A DNA stretch of 64,000 nt, taken from NCBI GenBank assembly GCA_031425655.1, contig JANPJS010000193.1:1-64000 (forward strand), given 5' to 3'. Position 1 is the first letter of the stretch. Each line of letters starts with the position of its first letter. The position numbers were made by a program, and so were the translations under genes. The notes under the pieces are model-generated. The model was not told the DNA's origin, searched no databases, and saw only the letters and a list, made by a program, of their open reading frames with translations. The DNA is from Abditibacteriaceae bacterium (GTDB lineage: Bacteria; Armatimonadota; Abditibacteriia; Abditibacteriales; Abditibacteriaceae). Positions 55,538 through 64,000 of the stretch are shown one piece after another.

Positions 55538-57715
55538 TCAGGCTTTTCGCAGCGTGACTTCGACGTTTTTGAAGCCCGGCGTTTTCGAGCGAGGATCGAG
55601 TTTCCGCGGCACGAGGGCGTTGGCTTCGGGATAATACATCGCCAGATTGCCCGCGCGAATCTCTAAAATCGCGGCCACGACTTCCATTTTGCCGGTTTCA
55701 TTCTCGACGATCATTTTGTCGCCTTCGCGCACGCCCAATTTGTCGGCGTCTTGCTGCGAAAGCATCACCACATCGCGCCGCGAGTTGCCGCGATATAAAT
55801 CTTCTTCGTCGTAAACCACCGAGTTGAATTGGCCTTCGGAGCGAATCGTCATCATGCGAAAAACGCCTTCGGGCGCTTTCTCCGGCAGAGGCGTGACGCC
55901 AAAATGCGCTTTGCCGTCCAACGTGTTGAATTTCGGCTCATTGAACGTGCGTCCTTTAATTTGGAACTCTTCTTTGCTGGCGCCGATTTTCTCGATGGCC
56001 TCATATCCGCCGACTACCTGGGCAATTTGTTCGCGCAGTTTGTCGTGCGAACGCATCGCTTGCCAATCGAAGCGGCCCGCGGGCAGGATTCGCGCGGCTA
56101 AACTGGCGATAATCTCCACTTCCGAGCGCATTTCGCCTTCTAAATACGGCTTGCCGCCGTCCGAAAGGCGCACGTAGTTGAACATGGATTCCTGCGTGGT
56201 TCCTTGCGGTTCTTCGTCGCGCGCTAAGGCCGGAAGCAAAATCGTCGTCTTGCCGCGACCTTTGATATGGCCTTCGTTCAGCTTCGTCGTAATTCCGGCG
56301 ACGAGGTCAATGTTGCCAAGCGCCTGCCCCGACCATTCGCTGTCGGGATTACTGGCGTAAAGATTCCCACCGAATAGAATTGCGGCGCGCACGCGCCCTT
56401 CTTTGGCGGCCAACATCGAAGAATAAGTGTCCTGGCCTTTTTGCGCCGCCGGTTTGATGCCGTAAAGCTCCTCCATACGACGCGCGAAAGTCGCCTTCAT
56501 TTCCGGCGCCACGCCCATCGAGCCGACACCCTGCACGTTGGAATGACCGCGAATCGGCAGCAATCCGCAGCCTTCGCGTCCCAGCCAGCCGCGTGATAAC
56601 GCCACGTTGCCCAACGCCTGAATGTTGTCCACGCCGTTGACATGATGCGTTAAGCCCATCGCCCAACAGACGATGCCGCGCTGCGCCTTGCAAATGGCCT
56701 CGACAGCGCGATCAATGTCGCGTTTGGCGACGCCCGACGCCGCGATTAATTCGTCCCACGACGCAGCTTCGGCATCGGCGCGCACTTCGTCCCAGCCCGC
56801 CGTGAAATTTTCGATGAAGTCATTATCTGCCGCGCCGCGCTCGATAATGCCTTTGAGCAGCGCCTTGAACAGCGGCACGTCGCCGTTAATATGCGGCTGC
56901 AAATAAATATCGCTGACTTGCGAGCCAAGCAAAAAGCTTTTGGCCTGCGACGGCACGCGAAAACGCACCAACCCCAATTCCTTCAGCGGATTGATAATGA
57001 TGACTATCCCGCCGCGCTTACGCAGATTAACCAGTTGCGTAATCAGTCGCGGATGGTTGCTGGCCGGATTCGCGCCCACAACCATCATAAAATCGCTGTG
57101 TTCAACGTCTTCGAGCGACACCGAGGCCGTTCCGGTGCCGTAAATATGGCCCAGCGCCACGCCCGACGCCTGATGACAATAAAACGAGCAATTGTGAATA
57201 TTCGCCGTGCCGTAAGCCCGCGCTACGAGCTGCATGAGAAACGCGGCTTCGTTGGAAAATCGGCCCGACGCATACCAAAAAGTCTCTTCGGGCAACGAAG
57301 TTTTGAAGGCTTGTGCGATGCGATCCAGCGCCTCGTCCCAAGAAATGCGGCGGAATCGCTTGTCGCCGTCTTCGGCAATCACCGGAAAAGCCAGACGTCC
57401 CGCCGCCTCGAATTGCGCCGAACTCATGCGCGATTCCATGTAGCCGATGGGCGTGCGCGCGAACCATGCTTCGGAAATCGCCGCCGTCATGTCGCCGGCC
57501 TGCGCCTGCACTGACTTTTTGCAGACTTCAGGAAAGTGCCCGGCCTCGTTGACCATGCCGCCTTTTTGACCGCCCATGCCCAACGCGCAGGTTTTGCAAG
57601 CGTTGCGCGAACGCAAGCGTTGATACAACTTGAGATAGCCGGTCTGCCTGCCCTTTTTTGCGACATAAAGCATCGCAGCCATGCCGCCCGCCGCCGAGAC
57701 TTTTGGTTTTGCCAT
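55538..57715 (-). CDS. FdhF/YdeP family molybdopterin oxidoreductase
   Basis: CKTCALG, HNCSFYCHQASG, GANPASNHPR, PIRGHSNVQG, TIRSEGQFN. Confidence 0.92.
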   Translation of the reverse strand: MAKPKVSAAGGMAAMLYVAKKGRQTGYLKLYQRLRSRNACKTCALGMGGQKGGMVNEAGHFPEVCKKSVQAQAGDMTAAISEAWFARTPIGYMESRMSSAQFEAAGRLAFPVIAEDGDKRFRRISWDEALDRIAQAFKTSLPEETFWYASGRFSNEAAFLMQLVARAYGTANIHNCSFYCHQASGVALGHIYGTGTASVSLEDVEHSDFMMVVGANPASNHPRLITQLVNLRKRGGIVIIINPLKELGLVRFRVPSQAKSFLLGSQVSDIYLQPHINGDVPLFKALLKGIIERGAADNDFIENFTAGWDEVRADAEAASWDELIAASGVAKRDIDRAVEAICKAQRGIVCWAMGLTHHVNGVDNIQALGNVALSRGWLGREGCGLLPIRGHSNVQGVGSMGVAPEMKATFARRMEELYGIKPAAQKGQDTYSSMLAAKEGRVRAAILFGGNLYASNPDSEWSGQALGNIDLVAGITTKLNEGHIKGRGKTTILLPALARDEEPQGTTQESMFNYVRLSDGGKPYLEGEMRSEVEIIASLAARILPAGRFDWQAMRSHDKLREQIAQVVGGYEAIEKIGASKEEFQIKGRTFNEPKFNTLDGKAHFGVTPLPEKAPEGVFRMMTIRSEGQFNSVVYDEEDLYRGNSRRDVVMLSQQDADKLGVREGDKMIVENETGKMEVVAAILEIRAGNLAMYYPEANALVPRKLDPRSKTPGFKNVEVTLRKA

Positions 57716-57725
57716 AAGCCAAAGT

Positions 57726-58313
57726 TTAACAACTCATGCGACTCGTCATAGCCGCCCATTCCTCCTGCGTGTTTACGTTGATTAAGGTTGCAGCCACTTC
57801 CGGTGGAGCCGGCACGCAAGAGAATTCTCCCGCCCGAATCAGAGCGTGCATCGAGCGCCGCCCCTTGGCTAAATTCGCTTCGATCAGAGGCAGGCACGCG
57901 CGATGATAGATCGAAAACAACGGCTCCCATTGCTCGCCGTTTTCTACGATGACGCCGTGCAAAGCCGAACTCATTCCCCCCTGCTCTATCAGCCAACGTA
58001 GGGCATATGGCGTCAGAAGCGGCAAATCGCAGGCTAAGACTAAAACCGCCTCTTCTTTTCGCAGTGCCGTCTGCAAAGCGCCCAGAGGCCCCAAGCCCGG
58101 CGTTTCGTCCGGCAGAAATTCCGCTTGAGACAAAAGCCAGTTTTCGGGCTGACTGCGCCCCACCACCAAAACGCGAGGCGCCACAACCAGAGCCGTGCGA
58201 ACCGTCCGTTCGAGCAGCGTTGCATCGCCAAAACGCAACTCGGCCTTGTCGTGCCCCATTCGCCTGCTTTCGCCGCCAGCAAAAAGTGCAATAGTTGGGA
58301 AGAAGCTATTCAT
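57726..58313 (-). CDS. mobA: Molybdenum cofactor guanylyltransferase
   Basis: AGGESRRMGHDKA, GPLGAL, LACDLP, EPL, NVNT. Confidence 0.92.
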   Translation of the reverse strand: MNSFFPTIALFAGGESRRMGHDKAELRFGDATLLERTVRTALVVAPRVLVVGRSQPENWLLSQAEFLPDETPGLGPLGALQTALRKEEAVLVLACDLPLLTPYALRWLIEQGGMSSALHGVIVENGEQWEPLFSIYHRACLPLIEANLAKGRRSMHALIRAGEFSCVPAPPEVAATLINVNTQEEWAAMTSRMSC

Positions 58314-58374
58314 GTCAATAAATATGACAAATTAGCGGGATTTCTTCTGCGGATTTTGTCCCTTTTTAACGATT

Positions 58375-58408
58375 AACTTGATATTTACCTGAGAGATTGT
58401 GACAAGTT
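58375..58408 (+). repeat. Dispersed site, copy 5 (34 bp)
   Basis: AACTTGATATTT acctgagag ATTGTGACAAGTT. Confidence 0.72.
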
Positions 58409-58443
58409 AATTCTATCGTTCGCTTTTAGGTGCCGCGGCTGTT

Positions 58444-59556
58444 TCAATCAACAGCGCGGAATGCCTCTGCTAAAACTTGGGCGTTATGCAGTGCATCGAA
58501 ATCGCGTTCGACTTTCTTGCGCGCCTCTCGGCAACGAGCGCGCGTATTTTCCTCATCCGTGAACAATGCGCGCAGAGATTCAGCCAGCGATTCGGCGTTT
58601 CCGGGACGGCAAAGCCAGCCTGTTTTTTCATCTACAAACTCTTCGATGGCACCGGCGCGCGTGGCGACAAGGGGCAAGCCACAGGCAGCGGCTTCGAGGA
58701 CGACGTTGGGCAGGCCGTCGCGGTCGCCGTCCTGAGCCACAAGACTCGGCACGGCCAGACAACTCGCCGCGCGCATAATATCCATGACTTCATTTTGCGT
58801 CATCGCGCCGGGCAAGCGCACACAGCTTTGCAAACCAAGATGATCGCGCCGTGCCATCAATTGTTCGCGCAGCGGCCCGTCGCCGAGAATCTGCGCTTGA
58901 AAATCGAAGTCTTGCGCGCGAAGAATGGCCAGCGCGTCCAGCAGAATGCCGAAGCCTTTTTTCTCGACCATGCGCCCGACCGCCAAAATCAGCGGCGCGT
59001 CCGGCGGCGTGCATTCGCGGAAAGCAATGGTGCCCGCTTCGATGCCATGCGGCGCGCAAAGCACTTTTTCGGCGCACGCCGGGCTGATTTGGCGCAAATG
59101 TTCTGCGCCCGCGCGCGTGCAAACCGCCGCAAAACGCGCCGAGGCCAATTTCGCTTTCAAGTCGCCGCCGGAAACGAATAAATCGCGCGCGTGGCCGCTA
59201 AAGCTCCACGGCAAACCCGACGCTTCGGCGGCGCCCCACGCCAATAAAGCCGGATGCGAGGCCCATCCGGCGTGAATATGGTCGAAAGTGCGCGCTTCGT
59301 CGCCTAAATCGCGCCACCACTGCGCGCCCAACGCCTTGAAATAATTTGCGCGCTCGCCGCCGCGGACTTTTTGCCATGCGCCGCGCAGCCAGAGTGACGA
59401 AAACGGCATTGGCGGCGTAATTGGCCGCGCACCGGTTCCGGCGTGCAAGGCGAAGACGTGAATATCAAGGCCGTGACGGCGCAGAGCCGCAATTTCGCGC
59501 GCGATGAAGGTTTCGGTGAGCGAAGGGAAGCTGTCGAGAACGAACGCGATTTTCAT
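58444..59556 (-). CDS. Glycosyltransferase family 4 (WcaL-like)
   Basis: FPSLTETFI, VGRMVEKKG, DRDGLPNVVLEA. Confidence 0.9.
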   Translation of the reverse strand: MKIAFVLDSFPSLTETFIAREIAALRRHGLDIHVFALHAGTGARPITPPMPFSSLWLRGAWQKVRGGERANYFKALGAQWWRDLGDEARTFDHIHAGWASHPALLAWGAAEASGLPWSFSGHARDLFVSGGDLKAKLASARFAAVCTRAGAEHLRQISPACAEKVLCAPHGIEAGTIAFRECTPPDAPLILAVGRMVEKKGFGILLDALAILRAQDFDFQAQILGDGPLREQLMARRDHLGLQSCVRLPGAMTQNEVMDIMRAASCLAVPSLVAQDGDRDGLPNVVLEAAACGLPLVATRAGAIEEFVDEKTGWLCRPGNAESLAESLRALFTDEENTRARCREARKKVERDFDALHNAQVLAEAFRAVD

Positions 59557-59571
59557 GGGATTGCGCTGGTT

Positions 59572-60747
59572 TCAGGCGGTCTGCAAAGCCCGCGCGCCGA
59601 TGTTTTCGTAGATTTGCAATGTCTGGCGTGCGCTGCGCTGCCATGTAAATTGGCGCGCGTAATCACGCCCGCCGGCACGCAAGCGTTTTTCCAGCGCGCT
59701 GTCGCTGAGAACGCGCCTGATATTGGCGGCCAGCGCGGTTTCCTCGCGCGGAGAGGAAATCAGCGCGACTTGTTCCAAATTCGGCAGCGGAACCGCGTCG
59801 CTGGTGATGACCGGCGCGCCCGCCGCCAATGCTTCGGCGACCGGCAGACAAAATCCCTCGGCCAGCGAAGGAAAGACAAAGGCGCGGCATCCGGCGAAAA
59901 TGGCCGGCATATCGCGCCTGCGCACGTAGCCGATGAGCCGCACGCGCGAACGCACCGCGCGCGGCACACCGAGCAGCAGCGACTCGAAATCGTGACCCGA
60001 CCACGCGCGTCCGCCGCCCACTAAAGCCAGAGGCGGCGCGTCCGGCAACTGCTCCAGAGCGCGCAGCAGCGTCACCAGATTCTTTTTCGGCTCGAAATTG
60101 CCGCTGAAGAGCAAATATTCGGACGGCAGGCCATAACGCTCAAGCACCGCACGCTGCACGCTCGAATCTACGGCTTCAAAGAATGAGGATTCGACGCCCA
60201 AAGGCACCACGTCCACGCGCCCGTCGGTGCCCGGCACTAAACGCTCCACATCGTTTTTTACCGCAAGGCTGGGCACCACAATGCGCGTGGCGTTGGCTAA
60301 ACAGCGCGGCAAAACCACGCCATAATGGCGACGGTTGGACGGCGTTGCAAATTCGGGATGCGTTAAAGCGATGAGGTCGTAGACACCAAGCACGACGGGA
60401 ATCCCGGCGCGCAACGGGGCGACATAAGTCGGAGCGTGCAGCAAATCGCATTTGTGGCGAGCCAGTAAACGCGGCAACTCGCACTGCTGCCAGAAAATAC
60501 GACGAATCTTGGCCGAACCGCGAAAAGGCAAGCGCCGCCACGTCCAGTTAGCGCCAAACGTCGCCGTTTGATTCTCCGTGGGGCCATCTTGGGGAATCCA
60601 GACGGTGAAGCGGTGCGCGGTTTCAAGAGCGCGCAGGGCCGCCAGCAGATTCCACAGCGAATACTCGACGCCGCCGTAAACGCCATAAAGTGCAGTGCCG
60701 TCAATGCCGATATGCAGCGGCGGCGATAGCGAAAGGGGCTTCTCCAT
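59572..60747 (-). CDS. Glycosyltransferase family 4 (GT-B, MtfB-like)
   Basis: EPKKNL, FVFPSLAEGFCLPVAEA. Confidence 0.9.
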   Translation of the reverse strand: MEKPLSLSPPLHIGIDGTALYGVYGGVEYSLWNLLAALRALETAHRFTVWIPQDGPTENQTATFGANWTWRRLPFRGSAKIRRIFWQQCELPRLLARHKCDLLHAPTYVAPLRAGIPVVLGVYDLIALTHPEFATPSNRRHYGVVLPRCLANATRIVVPSLAVKNDVERLVPGTDGRVDVVPLGVESSFFEAVDSSVQRAVLERYGLPSEYLLFSGNFEPKKNLVTLLRALEQLPDAPPLALVGGGRAWSGHDFESLLLGVPRAVRSRVRLIGYVRRRDMPAIFAGCRAFVFPSLAEGFCLPVAEALAAGAPVITSDAVPLPNLEQVALISSPREETALAANIRRVLSDSALEKRLRAGGRDYARQFTWQRSARQTLQIYENIGARALQTA

Positions 60748-60850
60748 AAGCAAAACTCTCCCTTAGAGCGCCGCCTCGCCGCCCTGTTTCACCGCCGCCG
60801 CGATTTAGCGTTTCTTGACCGCTTCTCATAGCTCGTGTAGCCTTTTCAGT

Positions 60851-61687
60851 ATGCAGATTTTGTCGCGCCTTGTGATTGTAATGGTGCTGCTGGGCAGCCT
60901 CGCCTACGGTTCTTACGCTTTTGGAAAATACGTGCTCAGCGCCCACTTGTTGAATGAATCTTCAGGGAAAGGCAATGCGAGCGCAGCCGTCAAACGCTCG
61001 ATGCGCGCCGCCGGAGCCGTGACGCGCCAAACCGATTTTAAAGGCAGCCAGCCCAAAGTCGAGTTAAAAGTGTTGCCCGCCGGCGACGACGGCGAAGGCC
61101 CGGCACCGCCGCCGCGCCGTTCTTTAGTCCGCCACACCGAGGAAGAGCGTTCCCCTACTCGCTCGTCTGAAAACGCCGCCGATGCCGCCGCCGAAAAACT
61201 CGTGGAAGAAGAGGCACGCCGCGCCGAACGCATCTTGACGGGCGCCGAACGCACAACGCGCAACAACGATTCTTCTAACGACGACGGAGCATCCTCAACT
61301 TCGCCGACGCCCTCGTCAGGCCGAGCCGAAAGTTCTGCCGACAGGCGCCGTGCGAAGCGCATCGAAAACAATCCTTTTGCCGATTTGGGCACCTCAAGCA
61401 GCACTCCGAATGTAAATAGACCAGTTGCAGGTGTTAACGGTTACCGCGGCGGAGATGGCGCCTTCGGCACCGATGGAGAAACGCCGCGCAGAAAGCGCCG
61501 CCGTCGTAAACCGCGCACCGACACCCAAATTGCGACGAGCGCGCCCGCCCCGGACAGCGGCTCGATGGTGCCCGTCCCCGAAGCCTCAGCGCCACGCGCC
61601 ACACGCCGCGCGACGGTGACTACCGATTCCCCAGTGCCTCGCCCCGAAGGCGGCGGAGGCGAATCGCCGGTGCCTCAGCCCGAATAA
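60851..61687 (+). CDS. Membrane-anchored, largely disordered hypothetical protein
   Basis: One N-terminal TM helix, then a Ser/Pro/Arg-rich low-complexity region. Confidence 0.6.
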   Translation: MQILSRLVIVMVLLGSLAYGSYAFGKYVLSAHLLNESSGKGNASAAVKRSMRAAGAVTRQTDFKGSQPKVELKVLPAGDDGEGPAPPPRRSLVRHTEEERSPTRSSENAADAAAEKLVEEEARRAERILTGAERTTRNNDSSNDDGASSTSPTPSSGRAESSADRRRAKRIENNPFADLGTSSSTPNVNRPVAGVNGYRGGDGAFGTDGETPRRKRRRRKPRTDTQIATSAPAPDSGSMVPVPEASAPRATRRATVTTDSPVPRPEGGGGESPVPQPE

Positions 61688-61695
61688 ATGGGACG

Positions 61696-61786
61696 AGTAA
61701 AAAGTGAAAAGTGATGAGTGAAAAGTAACGGCTTCCTGCGCACTACTTTTCACTTTTCACTTTTCACTCTTCACTCTTCACTCTTC
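61696..61786. repeat. Inverted heptamer tandem arrays (agtgaaa)n / (actyttc)6
   Basis: Left arm 61696-61726, right arm 61745-61786, ending 2 nt before the pcrA ATG. Confidence 0.88.
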
Positions 61787-61788
61787 CA

Positions 61789-64000
61789 ATGGATTTATTA
61801 GCCGGACTCAACGCCCCGCAACAAGCGGCGGTGCTGCATGAAAACGGGCCTCTGCTCATCTTCGCCGGCGCCGGTTCGGGCAAAACTCGAACGCTCACGC
61901 ATCGCATCGCGCATCTCATTCACCATCGCGGCGTGTCGCCTTCGCGCATCTTAGCCGTGACTTTTACCAACAAAGCTGCGCGCGAAATGCAGGAGCGTTT
62001 GGCATCGCTGGCCGGCCCTGAATCGCGGCGCTTGTGGCTGGGCACTTTTCACGCGATGTGCGCGCGAATGCTGCGAATGCACGGCGAATTCTTGGATATT
62101 GATCCGCGCTTCGTCATTTTCGATTCCGACGACTCGACGCGCTTGATGAAAGAAGTGCTGCGCGAAGCCGACGTGGATTCCGACCGTTATCCAGCGGCGC
62201 GCGTTTTGGGCCGCATTTCGGATGCCAAAAATAATATGCGTTCGCCGTCGGACGTAGCCGCATTAGCCGCCAGCCCCGCCGACCGCGTTATCGCGCGCCT
62301 TTACGCCCGCTATCAAGAGCGCCTCAGCGGCTCGCGCGCCCTTGATTTCGACGATTTGCTGACTTTCGCCGTGAAACTGCTGCGCGACACGCCCGCCGGC
62401 GAGATTTTCGCCCAGCGCTTCGAGCATATTCTCATTGACGAATTTCAGGACGTCAACAAAGCGCAATTCGAGTGGGCGCGCGAACTGACGCGTGTCCATA
62501 AAAACATCGCGGTCGTTGGCGACGACGACCAAAGCATTTACAAATGGAGGGGCGCCGACATCAGGCTCATTTTGGATTTCGAGCAGGAATTTCCCGATGC
62601 CAACGTCATTTATCTGGAGCAAAATTATCGCTCGACGCAAACGATTTTAGACGCTGCGCACGGCGTCATCGCGCGCAACGCCGGACGGCGGCCCAAAAAG
62701 CTTTGGAGCGAGGAAAGCGGCGGTTTGAAGCTGGAATTGCACGGCTTGGCCAACGCGCAGGAAGAAGCGATGTGGGTGGCGCGCAAGATTCAGGAATTGC
62801 AGCGCAGCGGCCAGCGGCCACTCAGCGATTTCGTGATTTTATGCCGCGTCAACGCGCAAAGCCGCCCTTTTGAAGAAGCCTTTATTCGCATGAGAATGCC
62901 GCTGCGCTTGGTCGGCACGCAGCGATTTTACGAGCGCCGCGAAATCAAAGATTTGCTGGCGTATTTGCGGGTGCTTTTCAATCCGAACGACGGCGTGGCG
63001 CTGCTGCGCATCATCAATACGCCGCCGCGCGGCATCGGCGCGACGACGCTGGAACGCCTTTCTCAACTCAGCGCCACGCACAATCTGCCGATTTTCGACG
63101 TGATTCACAGCGATGAACTGCTGGCCGGTTTGGGAAGCGGCCCCAGAGCGAAAATCGGGGCGGTGCGGCACCTTTTGGACAATCTCGGCGAAGATTTGCG
63201 GAGCAGTGAAAGCATGGCGGAACTGCTCAACCGCGTCATTGAGCGCAGCGGCTACGAAGAGTTTCTGCGCCGCGAACGCTCGAATGACACCATTGACCGC
63301 ATCGCCAACGTGGACGAATTTCTCAGCGCCGCCGTCGCTTTCGATGACCGCGTGCGTCAAGACGGAACCGAAGATTTGGAAGAATCGCCTTTCGCCGAAG
63401 GCCCGCCGTTTCTCGGATTATTTCTCGAAACCACGACGCTCGACAGCGATGCGCACGCCGCGACCGGCGAACACGAAGCCGTCACCTTGATGACTTTGCA
63501 CGCCGCCAAAGGCCTGGAATTTTCCGTCGTTTTCGTCGTCGGCGCTGAGCAAGGCTTGCTGCCCCATTCGCGCGCCTTGTGGGGCGATTCGCCCGATGAA
63601 CTCGAAGAAGAACGCCGCTTATGCTACGTCGGCCTGACACGGGCGCGCGAGCGCGTTTTTATCACTTACGCGGCACAGCGAACCTTGCATGGCCGCACGG
63701 AAACCACGCAGCCCTCGCAATTTATCGAAGAGATTCCGGGGCACCTGATGGAGCGCGGCGGCTTCGCGTCCTCGCGCTCGTTTTCGCCGGCCCGCGCTTC
63801 CACGAACTGGGCTACAACCGCGATGGCAGCGCGCCCCGCTGCTGCGGTCGAGCCGCCGAAATTTCAAATCGGCGACCGCGTCAAGCATCCTTCGTTCGGC
63901 GAAGGTTTAGTCGTCACCGCATCCGGCAGCGGCACGGCGGAATGGGTCGAAGTCGCTTTTTTGCTGGGCGACACCGGCAAAAAGAAGCTGATCGTGGCTT
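61789..64000 (+). CDS. pcrA: ATP-dependent DNA helicase PcrA/UvrD (truncated by window end; absent from the ORF track)
   Basis: MDLLAGLNAPQQAAV...AGAGSGKT, DEFQD, VGDDDQSIY.WRGA, LEQNYRS, MTLHAAKGLEF, EEERRLCYVGLTRA. Confidence 0.95.
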   Translation, partial: MDLLAGLNAPQQAAVLHENGPLLIFAGAGSGKTRTLTHRIAHLIHHRGVSPSRILAVTFTNKAAREMQERLASLAGPESRRLWLGTFHAMCARMLRMHGEFLDIDPRFVIFDSDDSTRLMKEVLREADVDSDRYPAARVLGRISDAKNNMRSPSDVAALAASPADRVIARLYARYQERLSGSRALDFDDLLTFAVKLLRDTPAGEIFAQRFEHILIDEFQDVNKAQFEWARELTRVHKNIAVVGDDDQSIYKWRGADIRLILDFEQEFPDANVIYLEQNYRSTQTILDAAHGVIARNAGRRPKKLWSEESGGLKLELHGLANAQEEAMWVARKIQELQRSGQRPLSDFVILCRVNAQSRPFEEAFIRMRMPLRLVGTQRFYERREIKDLLAYLRVLFNPNDGVALLRIINTPPRGIGATTLERLSQLSATHNLPIFDVIHSDELLAGLGSGPRAKIGAVRHLLDNLGEDLRSSESMAELLNRVIERSGYEEFLRRERSNDTIDRIANVDEFLSAAVAFDDRVRQDGTEDLEESPFAEGPPFLGLFLETTTLDSDAHAATGEHEAVTLMTLHAAKGLEFSVVFVVGAEQGLLPHSRALWGDSPDELEEERRLCYVGLTRARERVFITYAAQRTLHGRTETTQPSQFIEEIPGHLMERGGFASSRSFSPARASTNWATTAMAARPAAAVEPPKFQIGDRVKHPSFGEGLVVTASGSGTAEWVEVAFLLGDTGKKKLIVA

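Noticed and set aside
55538..57715. Selenocysteine recoding in the FdhF-like gene
   Set aside because: The ORF is uninterrupted with Cys at the active-site motif; no in-frame TGA
58313..58329. TGTCA-N7-TGACA palindrome at the mobA start as an operator
   Set aside because: Only 5-bp arms and a single occurrence; not distinguishable from chance

Overview
A GC-rich bacterial chromosomal segment. Gene content and style suggest a diderm such as Armatimonadota/Abditibacteriota, but this is an inference I have not verified. Most of the window is housekeeping, envelope and transport genes: a CsgG-like/LptD-like outer-membrane operon, DUF58-VWA, tRNA-Glu, ArnT, MarR-TolC-RND-MFP efflux, an Rne/Rng RNase, a tyrosine recombinase, era, an Opp ABC transporter, acnA, larA, proA, aroK, moaA, FdhF/YdeP, mobA, glycosyltransferases and pcrA (which runs off the end). 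Three non-obvious layers stand out. (1) At 51.8-54.65 kb there is an integrase-less integron cassette array on the minus strand. It has three canonical attC sites, two identical short attI-like junctions (AAT-AAAGA-GTT), a 41-bp mini-cassette, an ORF-less cassette, and HNH, NTase-like, MORN and lipoprotein cargo. (2) Five dispersed copies of a 33-34 bp, loxP-like asymmetric site (AAYYTGATAKTT-N8/9-RTTGTGACAMGTT) occur, one of them 13 bp upstream of the tyrosine recombinase start codon. (3) A family of intergenic hairpins is built from 7-9-mer tandem repeats. One encloses a four-helix-bundle gene, the others are empty, and a heptamer array also sits inside moaA. Protein family calls come from motif recognition only; no database searches were run.
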